Shown here: piece after piece, positions 14,899 through 25,109 of the stretch
Numbering within the stretch: position 1 is the stretch's first letter
Layout of the letters: each line of letters starts with the position of its first letter
Assembly: GCA_003858585.1 (NCBI GenBank)
Contig: RQZE01000009.1
Span: 30,001 to 62,000 of the forward strand
DNA: 32,000 bases
From: Erysipelotrichaceae bacterium OH741_COT-311
GTDB lineage: Bacteria; Bacillota_I; Bacilli_A; Erysipelotrichales; Erysipelotrichaceae
Direction of reading: 5' to 3'
The notes under the pieces: model-generated
Database searches by the model: none
Told to the model about the DNA's origin: nothing
Seen by the model: only the letters and a program-made list of their open reading frames with translations
Made by a program: the position numbers and the translations under genes

Positions 14899-17367
14899 TT
14901 ATCGAATTTTTGTACACTTTTCACCGCTTGTTGCACCATTATCATAGTAGAAGTACCCACAAACTTTTAAGTTCGATGTGCCTAATGATGGATCATACCA
15001 ACCATAGAAGGAAGCAGAATCTGAAGTGAAGTCTTGTACAACTCCTCCATTGACATAAAGACGTCCAACAAAATGTGGTGTTCCTAATGCCCATGAATAA
15101 TCAAACAGTACATTTCCAACAGCAGTGACTGTTTTTCCATCTACAGTTAAACTTAAGTCTTTTACTAATTGACCATTTTCATTATAGTAAGGGAATCCAG
15201 CCCAATTGACTGTAAAATTACCTTCATCATCTGCCCAACCACTAATACCATCTAAAGATGTTTTAGGAGTAGCAGCATACACACTTTCTGTTTTATTAAA
15301 TTCATCTTTTACAAGACCACTTACTTGTGTTCCAACATCACCATGTGCATAAGGGAATGTTCCTTGGATATGGTTAATGGTAGATAGACCTTCAGGACGC
15401 TCAACGGCTTTTGGCTTTTCTTTTCCTTCATGTATTTTATCTAAAAGTAATTTAATGATACGACCTTTAAGATTATAGTTTAAATCAGAAAGTAGTAAAT
15501 ATGTTTGTTGATCTTTAATGCCTCGATCAAACCCTAGCCATACCGTTGCGGTATATTGGCTAGAAGAAGCGGTCATCCATGTATCTTTGGCTTGTCCTAT
15601 TGGGATGTTGTATGGTTCTCCGTCTTTTGCCCAATCGGTTGTGCCGGTTTTTCCATAGATCGGATAATCACGCTTTAATAACTGCATATAGTTTCTAAAT
15701 GGACCACTTACTGCATATTCGGTAGTAATATCTGTAAGATATGCAGCAGCTGGACTAATAACTTGACGAGATGCATATTCAGGAGTCAAAATATCTCCAT
15801 TTGAAAGTTTAATATATTTAATGGTATGAGGTTCATTATATGTACCAAGATTAATCATTGTAGCATGTGCATTAGCAAGTTCTAGTGGACTAACTAAGAA
15901 ACTAGAACCTCCAATGGCATAGGATATATCAAATAAATCTGTTGTTACTTTGGAAAATCCTAAGTTATTTAAGTATTTAACAACTTCTTCTTTTCCAATT
16001 TCACTAATAACATCTTGTAATGTTAAAATAGCAGGAGTATTTAAAGATTTCCCAATGGCATCTTTTAAGGTTAAGTCACCTTCATATCGTCCACTAAAGT
16101 TTTTAATAATCTTATTGGTACCACGATAGTGGATTGGTTTATCCGTTACGACATGACTTGTTGCATAACCTAAGTGTTCAAACGCTAAAGCATAAGATAA
16201 TATTGGTTTTACACTTGAACCGGGTTGAATGAATGATTGTGTAGCTCGATTAAATAAACGTTCACCTTCTTGATAACGACCACCACCTAAGGCAACAATT
16301 TCACCTGTTTGATTGTTTAAAACAACGGTTGCAACTTGCATTAAGTCGTTAGTAAATTCAGCTTCTTCTACCACATTATTTTGAATTTGATGAATGAGCT
16401 CTTGAGTAGGTAGATCTAAATGCGTATAGATTTTCATAGGTGTATCGTATGGATTCATACCTGTTTTCGTTTTTACTTCTTCAATGACTGCATCAATATA
16501 GGATTGATATGCATCATTGGCAATTTTTAAAGAAGTAGAATTGTTACTCAATAAATCTTCAACTTTAATACTTTTAGCAAGTTCACATTGTTTATCGTCG
16601 ATATAACCATGATAGTTCATTAAATCTAATACTTTATTTCTTCGTTTTGTAGCTTCATCTAAACGATTATAAGGGTTATATACATTTGGTAAATTTACGA
16701 TACCAGCAAGCATTGCGGATTCTGATAATGTTAATTCTTTAACACTTTTATTAAAATAATATTGCGCAGCCTTTTCAATGCCTCGAATATTTGCGCCAAA
16801 ATTCACTTTATTTAAGTAAAGCATTAAAATTTCTTCTTTATTTGAAATTTTTTCTAAATGATAAGCTAAATAAATTTCTTGTACTTTGCGATCAATGGAT
16901 TTGATGGCAATAGTTGATTTTCCATCGTTATCAACTTGGAAGTATGTATTTTTTACAAGTTGCATGGTGAAGGTGGAACCACCTTGTCCAAAACTTCTTG
17001 TTTTAATATTGGATAAAAAAGCTTTGAAGAAACGTGGAATATCAAATCCATTATGTTCAAAAAAACGAGAATCTTCAATGGAAATAAATGCATCAATTAA
17101 ACTTTGTGGTAATTGATCATACGTAACGTTTTCTCTAAGATATAATCCAAGTTCAGTTATGACATTGCCTTGAGAATCATAAATAATGGAAGAATCTCCA
17201 GAATAGAAATCGACAATACTTAATGCAGGTGCTTGTTTGATAATATCAAGCCCTTTTTTCACTACAATTGTTGAAATAATAATGCCGACTATAATGATAC
17301 CCCAAACAATAGATAAAATAATTTTAGAAAGTATGGATTTATACTTTTTATTCTTTTTTCTAGTCAT
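14899..17367 (-). CDS. class A penicillin-binding protein (bifunctional glycosyltransferase/transpeptidase, PBP1A-like) with an unassigned C-terminal domain
   Basis: 822 aa with an N-terminal TM anchor. GT51 motifs are EDSRFFEHNGFD, GGSTFTMQ, RKVQE and KEEILMLYLN. Transpeptidase motifs are SSVKP (SxxK), SLN (SxN) and KTGTT. About 170 additional C-terminal residues follow. Confidence 0.92.
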   Translation of the reverse strand: MTRKKNKKYKSILSKIILSIVWGIIIVGIIISTIVVKKGLDIIKQAPALSIVDFYSGDSSIIYDSQGNVITELGLYLRENVTYDQLPQSLIDAFISIEDSRFFEHNGFDIPRFFKAFLSNIKTRSFGQGGSTFTMQLVKNTYFQVDNDGKSTIAIKSIDRKVQEIYLAYHLEKISNKEEILMLYLNKVNFGANIRGIEKAAQYYFNKSVKELTLSESAMLAGIVNLPNVYNPYNRLDEATKRRNKVLDLMNYHGYIDDKQCELAKSIKVEDLLSNNSTSLKIANDAYQSYIDAVIEEVKTKTGMNPYDTPMKIYTHLDLPTQELIHQIQNNVVEEAEFTNDLMQVATVVLNNQTGEIVALGGGRYQEGERLFNRATQSFIQPGSSVKPILSYALAFEHLGYATSHVVTDKPIHYRGTNKIIKNFSGRYEGDLTLKDAIGKSLNTPAILTLQDVISEIGKEEVVKYLNNLGFSKVTTDLFDISYAIGGSSFLVSPLELANAHATMINLGTYNEPHTIKYIKLSNGDILTPEYASRQVISPAAAYLTDITTEYAVSGPFRNYMQLLKRDYPIYGKTGTTDWAKDGEPYNIPIGQAKDTWMTASSSQYTATVWLGFDRGIKDQQTYLLLSDLNYNLKGRIIKLLLDKIHEGKEKPKAVERPEGLSTINHIQGTFPYAHGDVGTQVSGLVKDEFNKTESVYAATPKTSLDGISGWADDEGNFTVNWAGFPYYNENGQLVKDLSLTVDGKTVTAVGNVLFDYSWALGTPHFVGRLYVNGGVVQDFTSDSASFYGWYDPSLGTSNLKVCGYFYYDNGATSGEKCTKIR

Positions 17368-17409
17368 AAAAAATCCTTTCTATAACATTAATATTTTATC
17401 ACATAAATG

Positions 17410-17432
17410 AAAAAAATGAGAGAAATCTCTCA
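17410..17432 (-). terminator. intrinsic terminator after degV (minus strand)
   Basis: The minus strand reads TGAGAG-ATTT-CTCTCA followed by TTTTTTT. The degV stop codon TGA forms the first three bases of the stem. Confidence 0.55.
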
Positions 17433-18281
17433 CTTTGCTGGTTTAAAATATTGAATACCAATACATCCAATTCCGGTATGCACAGCAATTGGAGCATATA
17501 GTTCTATGATTTCTACTTTTAAGTCATGGAACATATGTAATATTTTTTCTTTTAATATGATTGCACTTTCCATAGCATCAACATGTGCAATAAATACTTT
17601 ATAACTTTTATCCACAAAGTCTTTTTTCATCTTTTCTACAGCAAGATCCATCGCTTTTGAAAGAGTACGCACCTTATCTACTACATCGACTTTTCCAAGA
17701 GTACTTTTATTTAGACTAAGGATAGGTTTAATTTTTAAAAAAGATGCTAGAGTAGCTGCAAATGTTGTTAATCGTCCACTACGTTTTAAATGACTTAAAT
17801 CATCAGGGATTAAAATGGTATTGCAACTTTCAATGGTGCTTTGAATATTTGAAAGTGCCTCATCTAAGCTACCGCCTTGATCTGTAAATTGTTTTAAATA
17901 TAAAATGATATGTTCTTGTACATAAGCAGCTACATAAGTATCAATCATTGTAATAGGCATTTCAAGTTGATTTGCAATCATTTCAATCGCATCATAAGTA
18001 CCCGATAAGCCTTTTGACATTGGAACTGCCACAATATGTGTATAGCCTTCTTCTTTTATATGTGAAATGGTTTCTTCAATGATTCCAAGAGGTGGAAGTG
18101 AAGTTTTGATGACTTTTTCCTTTTTTAAGTTTGTTAAAATATCGTTGATAGAACATTCTTCGATGTCTAGATAATTTTGATTTTCAATCATGATTTGAAG
18201 CGGCAAAGAGAAAATTCCGTGGTCTTTCATTTCTTGGATTGATTTACCAGTCCCACTGTCTGTTAAAAACGCAATTTTCAT
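17430..18281 (-). CDS. DegV family fatty-acid-binding protein
   Basis: 283 aa. MKIAFLTDSGTG N-terminus with a DegV-type fold pattern (SGTYDA, IPDDLSHLKRSGR, IAHVDA). Confidence 0.88.
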   Translation of the reverse strand: MKIAFLTDSGTGKSIQEMKDHGIFSLPLQIMIENQNYLDIEECSINDILTNLKKEKVIKTSLPPLGIIEETISHIKEEGYTHIVAVPMSKGLSGTYDAIEMIANQLEMPITMIDTYVAAYVQEHIILYLKQFTDQGGSLDEALSNIQSTIESCNTILIPDDLSHLKRSGRLTTFAATLASFLKIKPILSLNKSTLGKVDVVDKVRTLSKAMDLAVEKMKKDFVDKSYKVFIAHVDAMESAIILKEKILHMFHDLKVEIIELYAPIAVHTGIGCIGIQYFKPAK

Positions 18282-18337
18282 AAATATGTCCTCCGAGTCT
18301 AATTTTAGTATATTATTAAATTAAAGTAAACAAATTA

Positions 18338-18346
18338 TGTTAAAAT
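18338..18346 (+). promoter_or_regulatory. candidate extended -10 element for dnaE
   Basis: TGtTAAAAT (18338-18346) lies 20 nt upstream of ATG 18367. There is no convincing -35. Confidence 0.4.
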
Positions 18347-18366
18347 AAAACTGAAAGGCAGAGTAT

Positions 18367-21300
18367 ATGACAGTACATTTACATACAAGATCTTCTTATT
18401 CTTTACTGCAAAGTCCAATTAAAATTGATGATTTAATAGCGTTTGCAAATGCACATGAAATCAAGACTTTGGCTTTAACTGATTACAAATCGATGCATGG
18501 TGTCATGCATTTTAATAAAGAATGTTTAAAACATGGTATTAAACCTATTTTTGGGTTGGAATTAGATATTGAAATTGATCAATTGCTATCTAAAGTACTT
18601 TTGATCGCGAAAGATGTTAAAGGATATTTTAACTTGGTTGCCTTATCTTCTATTATTAGTGTACAACAACAAGTTCTTACTATAGAAGCGTTAAAAAAAC
18701 ATTTGGATGGATGTTTTTTCATTGTGTATGGAGAAGGTGGATATTTTGAACATTTTTTTCATAATTATCAGTATGAAAAGGGACTTAAGCAGCTACAAAG
18801 TCAAATTCAAGATTTTATTGTAGCTATTTCTTATAATGATGCTTCTTATTTTAAAAATCATAACCAAGCTTTAAAAAAAGTATGTCAAAGTTATGATGTT
18901 AAGACAGTTGCTTTATCAAAAGTATATTATTTACAGGAAGAAGACTATTCGTTATATCATGTATTAAATGCTTTAAGAAATAATAAAACCATTCACGATC
19001 AAACCCTAACAAGTGAAAAGGGACGTTATTTTCGTTTGGATAAAGAAATGGAGCTTTTATATGATAAAGATGATTTATTATACAGTGACTATTTAGCAAG
19101 TCAGTGTCATGTAGAGTTGCCAAAACATATTACACAGCTACCGAAATTTCCTACAAAAAATCATAATAGTAAAGAATATTTAATTGAACTATGCAAAGTT
19201 GGATTAAGAAAACGATTAGATAATCAATTACGTAAAGACTATGTTACTAGATTAAAAAAAGAATTAGATGTTATTTGTTCCATGGGTTTTGAAGATTATT
19301 TTTTAATTGTATATGATTTTATCCGTTATGCAAGAAGTCAGAAAATCTATGTAGGCCCAGGTCGAGGGAGTGCAGCTGGATCATTGGTTGCTTATTGCTT
19401 GGGCATTACACATATTGATCCTATAAAATATCATTTACTTTTTGAACGTTTTTTAAATCCAAAACGTATTAGTATGCCTGATATTGATGTTGATTTTCCG
19501 GATAATCGTAGAGAAGAAGTCATACAGTATGTCATTGATAAGTATGGATACGAACACATAGGTCATATTGTTACATTTAATACATTAGCTTGTAAACAAG
19601 CTTTAAAAGATGTAGGACGTGTCTTAGAAATACCATTAAGAGAAATGGAAAGTATTACAAGAGTAGTTCCAAATACACTAAAAGTAACTTTAACCGGTGC
19701 TTATCAAGAATCATCAAAATTTAAACAACTGATTGATTCTAATAAAAAATATCAAGAATTATTTCGTATTGCTTTAAAATTAGAAGGTCTGCCACGTCAT
19801 GTTTCTACGCATGCTGCGGGTATTGTTATCAGTATGAAACCGCTTGACCAAGTGATACCAATTATGAAGTATGACAATATGATTACAACTCAATATACGA
19901 TGGAATATTTAGAAGAGTTGGGCTTGATTAAAATGGATTTTTTAGGCTTAAGAAACTTAACAATTATTGATGAAATTGTAGGTAATATTCAAAAACATCA
20001 TCCATTTGATTTGTTCCACATTGATTTACATGATAAAAAAACATATGAAATGATACAAAAAGGAGATACTTTGGGTGTTTTTCAATTGGAAAGTGATGGA
20101 ATGGTTGCCTTACTTAAAAAGTTAAAGCCAGAAGTATTTGAAGATATTGCCTGTACAATAGCGTTATTCCGTCCAGGTCCAATGCAAAATATACCTTTAT
20201 ATTTACAACACCGTCAAAATAAAAAAGACATTGAATACTTACACAAAGATTTAATACCTATTTTAAAAGAAACATACGGCATTATCGTGTATCAAGAACA
20301 AATTATGCAAATATCAGTGAAAATGGCTAATTTTTCACTTGCGAAAGCCGATATTTTAAGAAAAGCTATGAGTAAAAAGAATTATCAAGAAATTGAATCT
20401 ATGAAAGGTTCTTTCATTGAAGGTTGTGTTGACAATGGCTATCCACTTGAATTAGCGCAGGAACTTTTCGATTTAATTTTAAGATTTGCAGAATATGGTT
20501 TTAATAAATCGCATTCGGTTGCCTACGGTTTAATTTCTTATCAAATGGCTTATTTGAAGGCAAATTATCCATTGTTTTTCTATCAATCTTTATTAAATAG
20601 TGTGATTGGATCAGATATTAAGACCAGTGAATACATTTTCCAATTTAAAGCGAATGGGTATCAAATGTTACCTCCATCAATCAATGATAGTCAAGCTGTT
20701 TATATCATAGAACAACATGCATTGCGTTTTCCGTTATTGGCGATAAAAAATGTTGGAAATGCTGTTGTTACAACATTAGTGACACATCGTAAAGAGTATG
20801 GAGTATTTAAAGATTACTTTGATTTTGTTGTTCGAGCATCCAGTTTGAAAATAAATCGTAAAATCATAGAGTCTTTGATTGATGCCGGAGCACTTGATGA
20901 GTTTAAAATTGCACGTTGTGATATGTTAGCTTCTTTAGAAGAGGCTTTAAAATATGCTGATTTAGTTAAAATACAGGTCGATGGACAAATTCAAATCAAT
21001 ATGAATTTAGTATCGAAACCCTTACTTACAAAAGGTGTATATGATGAAGTAAAAACATTAAATCGAGAAAAAGAGGTTTTAGGATTTTATTTTTCGGTTC
21101 ATCCTATTAAGAAATTACGTGATAAACATCATATTCAATATCCGCTTCTAGCTACTTTGAGCACTCATTTTGGATATGTAAATGGGTTTGGTCATATTGT
21201 AAAGGTTAAACAACATCGTACTAAAAAAGGTGATTTAATGGCTTTTGTTGGTATTAATGATGAATCGTATGAAATGGATTTAGTGATTATGCCAAATATA

Positions 21301-21408
21301 TACCAAAAGTATAGTGATTGTATTCAAAAAGGAAATTATATCGTATTTAGTGGTAAAATAGAAAAAGAAGCATCATGCTTAGTGAATAAATTGTTGCGAA
21401 TAGAATAG
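18367..21408 (+). CDS. dnaE: DNA polymerase III alpha subunit, DnaE type
   Basis: 1013 aa. N-terminal PHP domain (HLHTRSSYSLL), polymerase core (PDIDVDF, GLPRHVSTHAAG, FNKSHS) and a C-terminal OB fold. Confidence 0.95.
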   Translation: MTVHLHTRSSYSLLQSPIKIDDLIAFANAHEIKTLALTDYKSMHGVMHFNKECLKHGIKPIFGLELDIEIDQLLSKVLLIAKDVKGYFNLVALSSIISVQQQVLTIEALKKHLDGCFFIVYGEGGYFEHFFHNYQYEKGLKQLQSQIQDFIVAISYNDASYFKNHNQALKKVCQSYDVKTVALSKVYYLQEEDYSLYHVLNALRNNKTIHDQTLTSEKGRYFRLDKEMELLYDKDDLLYSDYLASQCHVELPKHITQLPKFPTKNHNSKEYLIELCKVGLRKRLDNQLRKDYVTRLKKELDVICSMGFEDYFLIVYDFIRYARSQKIYVGPGRGSAAGSLVAYCLGITHIDPIKYHLLFERFLNPKRISMPDIDVDFPDNRREEVIQYVIDKYGYEHIGHIVTFNTLACKQALKDVGRVLEIPLREMESITRVVPNTLKVTLTGAYQESSKFKQLIDSNKKYQELFRIALKLEGLPRHVSTHAAGIVISMKPLDQVIPIMKYDNMITTQYTMEYLEELGLIKMDFLGLRNLTIIDEIVGNIQKHHPFDLFHIDLHDKKTYEMIQKGDTLGVFQLESDGMVALLKKLKPEVFEDIACTIALFRPGPMQNIPLYLQHRQNKKDIEYLHKDLIPILKETYGIIVYQEQIMQISVKMANFSLAKADILRKAMSKKNYQEIESMKGSFIEGCVDNGYPLELAQELFDLILRFAEYGFNKSHSVAYGLISYQMAYLKANYPLFFYQSLLNSVIGSDIKTSEYIFQFKANGYQMLPPSINDSQAVYIIEQHALRFPLLAIKNVGNAVVTTLVTHRKEYGVFKDYFDFVVRASSLKINRKIIESLIDAGALDEFKIARCDMLASLEEALKYADLVKIQVDGQIQINMNLVSKPLLTKGVYDEVKTLNREKEVLGFYFSVHPIKKLRDKHHIQYPLLATLSTHFGYVNGFGHIVKVKQHRTKKGDLMAFVGINDESYEMDLVIMPNIYQKYSDCIQKGNYIVFSGKIEKEASCLVNKLLRIE

Positions 21409-21416
21409 GAGTAAGT

Positions 21417-22079
21417 ATGTATAAATTGTTAATTGTGGATGATGAAGATAAAATTAGAGAAGTTGTTTCAGAATATGCCTTAATCAACAACTATGAAATT
21501 TTTGAAGCTAGTGATGGTTTACAAGCGATTAATATGGTAACGGAACATGACTTTGATTGTGTGATTTTAGATATTATGATGCCTAAGTTGGATGGTTTTA
21601 GTGCTTGTAAACAAATTAAAAAGATTAAGAATGTTCCTATTATTATGCTTAGTGCCCGTCAAGAAGAATATGATAAACTCTTTGGATTTGAGCTTGGAGT
21701 TGATGATTATGTGGTGAAACCATTTTCGCCAAAAGAATTAATGGCTCGAGTAAAAGTTGTGATTGATCGTTTTAAAGGTCCGGAAAGTCAAATTTTAAAG
21801 TTTAAAGGATTAACCATTGATGTTGATGGGCGTAGTGTTTATGTCGATGGGGAAAAAGCACAATTAACACCGAAGGAAATTGATTTACTGTTATATATGG
21901 TAAAAAACAAAAATATAGCTTTGTCACGTGATAAGTTACTACAAGAAGTATGGGATTATAATTATTATGGTGATGATCGTACAGTTGATACACATATTAA
22001 AATGTTACGTCATAACTTAAAAGAATATCGTGATTTCATTGTTACAGTAAGAGCGGTGGGTTACAAATTTGAAGTTTAA
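21417..22079 (+). CDS. OmpR/PhoB-family response regulator
   Basis: 220 aa. Receiver domain (VDDE, phospho-acceptor in ILDIMMPKLDG, KPF) and a winged-helix output domain (LTPKEIDLL, RTVDTHI, VGYKF). AGGAG RBS. The ATG lies 8 nt after the dnaE stop. Confidence 0.92.
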   Translation: MYKLLIVDDEDKIREVVSEYALINNYEIFEASDGLQAINMVTEHDFDCVILDIMMPKLDGFSACKQIKKIKNVPIIMLSARQEEYDKLFGFELGVDDYVVKPFSPKELMARVKVVIDRFKGPESQILKFKGLTIDVDGRSVYVDGEKAQLTPKEIDLLLYMVKNKNIALSRDKLLQEVWDYNYYGDDRTVDTHIKMLRHNLKEYRDFIVTVRAVGYKFEV

Positions 22080-23529
22080 TTTTAAAGGAGTTCGTTTTAA
22101 AATATTTATATCCTTTTTTCTATTTTCCTTGGGAATTGTTTTTCTATTAGGGGTTCTTCAAGTGTTTTTAATTCGCCCTTATTATCGCAATAATAAATTA
22201 GAATCCATTAAAACACTTAGTTATTCTTTAGAGAAATATATTATAGACAATGATTATATTGTGGATGCAGATTTAGAAAAAGCTTTACAGATTACGATAA
22301 ATAATAATGCATGTAGTGTATTATTTAATCAACATGGTCATGTTATTTATTCTTCCGATTCAATCGGTGCTCAGTGTTTATTGAAACGTAGTATTAAACT
22401 TGATGATGTAGATGTAGTACCAATGAAAAATGGTTCTTATATGATTGAAAAACTAGCGAATGCATCCGAGTATGAAGTGATTGTAAGTAGCCAAATTAAT
22501 GATTTGGAAAGTATTATTTATGGTCAAAAAATTGATTCCAATTTAGGTACATATTATTTATTTGTAAATAGTCCCTTAGAGCCTATTGAATCTGTGGTAC
22601 GTTTTGTTTTAAATCAATATTATTTATTTACAAGTTTTATTTTAATCTTATCATTAGCTATTTCATTATATTTGGCTTCTAAGATTTCACATCCGTTAAT
22701 CAAAATGAAAAATGAGGCTGTTAAATTAGCGCATGGTAATTATGATACAACTTTTGTGGGTAGTGGTTATAGTGAAGTGAATGAATTAGCGAATACCTTA
22801 AATGATGCGAAAGATAAGTTGAGTAAAATTGATGAGTTACGTCGAGATTTAATTGCGAATGTATCGCATGATTTAAAAACACCTTTAACGATGATTAAAG
22901 CTTATGCAGAGATGATTTTAGATATTTCAGGTGATAAAAAAGAAAAGCGTGAAGAACATCTCAATGTCATTATTAAAGAAGTAAATTATTTAGACAATTT
23001 AATCAAGGATATGCAAGAATTATCTAAGATGCAGGCTGGGTATATTGTATTAAATAAATATAATTTTGATCTAAGTTCTAAAGTTCTGGAAGTTATTCAC
23101 CTTTTTGATGTTATGATTCATGAAAAGTCATTTGAAGTCGAACTAAATGTTCAGCCAGATGTCTTTGTGTATGCAGATGAAGTAAAAATTGGGCAAGTTA
23201 TTTATAATTTTATTTCAAATGCATTTAAAAATTCAGATGATCATACCAAGGTAATCATTAACTTAACTGCTAATGAAGATTTTACTCGTTTTGAGGTTGT
23301 GGACCAAGGAAGTGGTATCAAAGAAGAAGATTTACCTTATATTTGGGATCGTTACTATAAAATAGAAAAGAAGTTTATTCGTAATCATCAAGGTACAGGG
23401 TTAGGTTTGGCGATTGTGAAAGCCATTCTTGATGCACATAACATCGCTTATGGAGTAGAAAGTGAATATGGAAAAGGATCTATTTTTTACTTTAAAATAT
23501 CTAACTATTATGATGAAAATGATTTATAA
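22069..23529 (+). CDS. membrane sensor histidine kinase (HisKA/HATPase_c)
   Basis: 486 aa with two TM helices flanking a ~150-aa extracytoplasmic domain, then HAMP. H-box is SHDLKTPLT, N-box NFISNAFKNS, G1 DQGSGI, G2 GTGLGLAIV. The TTG start overlaps the regulator gene by 11 nt. Confidence 0.9.
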   Translation: MKFNFKGVRFKIFISFFLFSLGIVFLLGVLQVFLIRPYYRNNKLESIKTLSYSLEKYIIDNDYIVDADLEKALQITINNNACSVLFNQHGHVIYSSDSIGAQCLLKRSIKLDDVDVVPMKNGSYMIEKLANASEYEVIVSSQINDLESIIYGQKIDSNLGTYYLFVNSPLEPIESVVRFVLNQYYLFTSFILILSLAISLYLASKISHPLIKMKNEAVKLAHGNYDTTFVGSGYSEVNELANTLNDAKDKLSKIDELRRDLIANVSHDLKTPLTMIKAYAEMILDISGDKKEKREEHLNVIIKEVNYLDNLIKDMQELSKMQAGYIVLNKYNFDLSSKVLEVIHLFDVMIHEKSFEVELNVQPDVFVYADEVKIGQVIYNFISNAFKNSDDHTKVIINLTANEDFTRFEVVDQGSGIKEEDLPYIWDRYYKIEKKFIRNHQGTGLGLAIVKAILDAHNIAYGVESEYGKGSIFYFKISNYYDENDL

Positions 23530-23553
23530 TAAAATTAAATTAGGAGGTATATT

Positions 23554-23880
23554 ATGATTGTCACAACAACAAATACCATTGAACATTATGAGATTGTAGA
23601 ATACATTGATGTTGTCTTTGGTGAAGTCGTATCAGGAGTAAATTATTTAAAGGATATTGGAGCGTCATTTAGAAATTTGGTTGGAGGTCGAAGTGAGGGT
23701 TACGAAGAAGAATTGATTACTGCCCGTTCTCTTGCGATTAAAGAAATGAAAAAGCGTGCCAGTGAACTTCAAGCGGATGCCATTGTAGGTGTAAAAGTAG
23801 ATTGTGAGGTTTTGGGAAGAGATGGTACAATGTTGATGGTTACGTGTATGGGAACAGCGGTTAGATTACAAAAGAAATAA
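23554..23880 (+). CDS. YbjQ/UPF0145 family protein
   Basis: 108 aa. The family pattern is conserved full-length (MIVTTTNTIE..Y.I.E....V.GE...G.N..KD....RN..GGRS..YE.....AR..A...M...A...GA.A.VG...D). Confidence 0.85.
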   Translation: MIVTTTNTIEHYEIVEYIDVVFGEVVSGVNYLKDIGASFRNLVGGRSEGYEEELITARSLAIKEMKKRASELQADAIVGVKVDCEVLGRDGTMLMVTCMGTAVRLQKK

Positions 23881-23913
23881 TTGAGGAACGTAAATAAGGA
23901 TAGGAGGTGTTTT

Positions 23914-24378
23914 ATGACAATTAATATGATTAATAAGGTAAAAGGAAATCGCTTAATTCAAACATATCGTAAAGATTATGAATTTTTAATGCATAAGACA
24001 TTAGATTATCTTAATTTACATCAAGACTATATGATATCGATTATTTTTGTAAATGATCGTTTTATTCAAAACATTAACAAACAATATCGTAATAAGGATA
24101 TGCCAACCGATGTAATAAGCTTTGCTTTGGTAGATGATTCTTTAGTGGAGCTAGAAGTTATGGAAGAGCTTGGGGATGTATTTATTAATTATGATGCAGC
24201 ATTACGACAAGCAAAGGAGTATCAGCATTCTTTAAGACGTGAAATGTGTTTTCTATTTGTTCATGGATTATTACATTGTTTAGGTTATGATCATATCAAT
24301 AAAGAAGAGGAAAAAGAAATGTTCGAACTACAAACTAAGATTTTAGATGATTACATTTCTAGAGAAAATGATGCGTAA
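23914..24378 (+). CDS. ybeY: rRNA maturation endoribonuclease YbeY
   Basis: Start trimmed to ATG 23914, which follows the TAGGAGGTG RBS. Zinc motif HGLLHCLGYDH (HxxxHxxGxxH). Confidence 0.92.
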   Translation: MTINMINKVKGNRLIQTYRKDYEFLMHKTLDYLNLHQDYMISIIFVNDRFIQNINKQYRNKDMPTDVISFALVDDSLVELEVMEELGDVFINYDAALRQAKEYQHSLRREMCFLFVHGLLHCLGYDHINKEEEKEMFELQTKILDDYISRENDA

Positions 24379-24700
24379 ATTTCAAGTAGCTATCTTAGGT
24401 TTAAAGCATATTGTTAAAGATTCATCCATTTTGATTCAAATAGTGATTGGTATGGTTGTGCTTGTTGTATCGGTTTGGTTAGGCTTAAGTAAATTCGACT
24501 TGATGTTTGTCGGTGTGTTAATTGTATTGGTGATAGTCTGTGAAATCATTAATACTGCAATAGAGCGTCTTTGTGATTTATACACTACACAAGTCAATCC
24601 TCAGGTAAAGTATATTAAGGACCTAATGGCGGGTTGTGTACTATTTGTAAGTGTATTTGCTCTAATCATGGGGCTTGTTATTTTTATTCCATATATTTAA
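24368..24700 (+). CDS. dgkA: diacylglycerol/undecaprenol kinase (DgkA family)
   Basis: About 110 aa with three TM segments and the conserved EIINTAIE motif. Start is ATG 24368 (11-nt overlap with ybeY). ATG 24347 is also possible. Confidence 0.85.
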   Translation: MMRKFQVAILGLKHIVKDSSILIQIVIGMVVLVVSVWLGLSKFDLMFVGVLIVLVIVCEIINTAIERLCDLYTTQVNPQVKYIKDLMAGCVLFVSVFALIMGLVIFIPYI

Positions 24701-24713
24701 ATAGGAGGAAGTT

Positions 24714-25109
24714 ATGAAAGATAAAGTATTAGATTTAGCGTTTGAAGCAATGGGCAATGCTTATGCTCCATATTCAAACTATCATGTAGGAAGTTGTGTT
24801 TTATGTAAAGATGGAACTACATTTTTAGGGGCCAATGTAGAAAATGCTTCTTATGGGGCAACGAATTGTGGAGAACGTAGTGCTATTTTCGCGGCTTATT
24901 CACATGGATATCGTAAGAAAGATATAGAAATGATTGCTATCGTATCGGATGGAAACACTTTAGCTGCACCTTGTGGTGTTTGTCGACAAGTTTTAAATGA
25001 ATTGTTGGATAAAGATACTCCAATTATCTTATCAAATAAAAAAGAGTATAAGGAAACAACAATAAGTGAACTTTTACCAATGAGTTTTTCTGGTGAAGAT
25101 TTGCAATGA
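24714..25109 (+). CDS. cdd: cytidine deaminase
   Basis: 131 aa with zinc and catalytic motifs CGERSA and PCGVCRQ. AGGAGGAAG RBS. Confidence 0.93.
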   Translation: MKDKVLDLAFEAMGNAYAPYSNYHVGSCVLCKDGTTFLGANVENASYGATNCGERSAIFAAYSHGYRKKDIEMIAIVSDGNTLAAPCGVCRQVLNELLDKDTPIILSNKKEYKETTISELLPMSFSGEDLQ

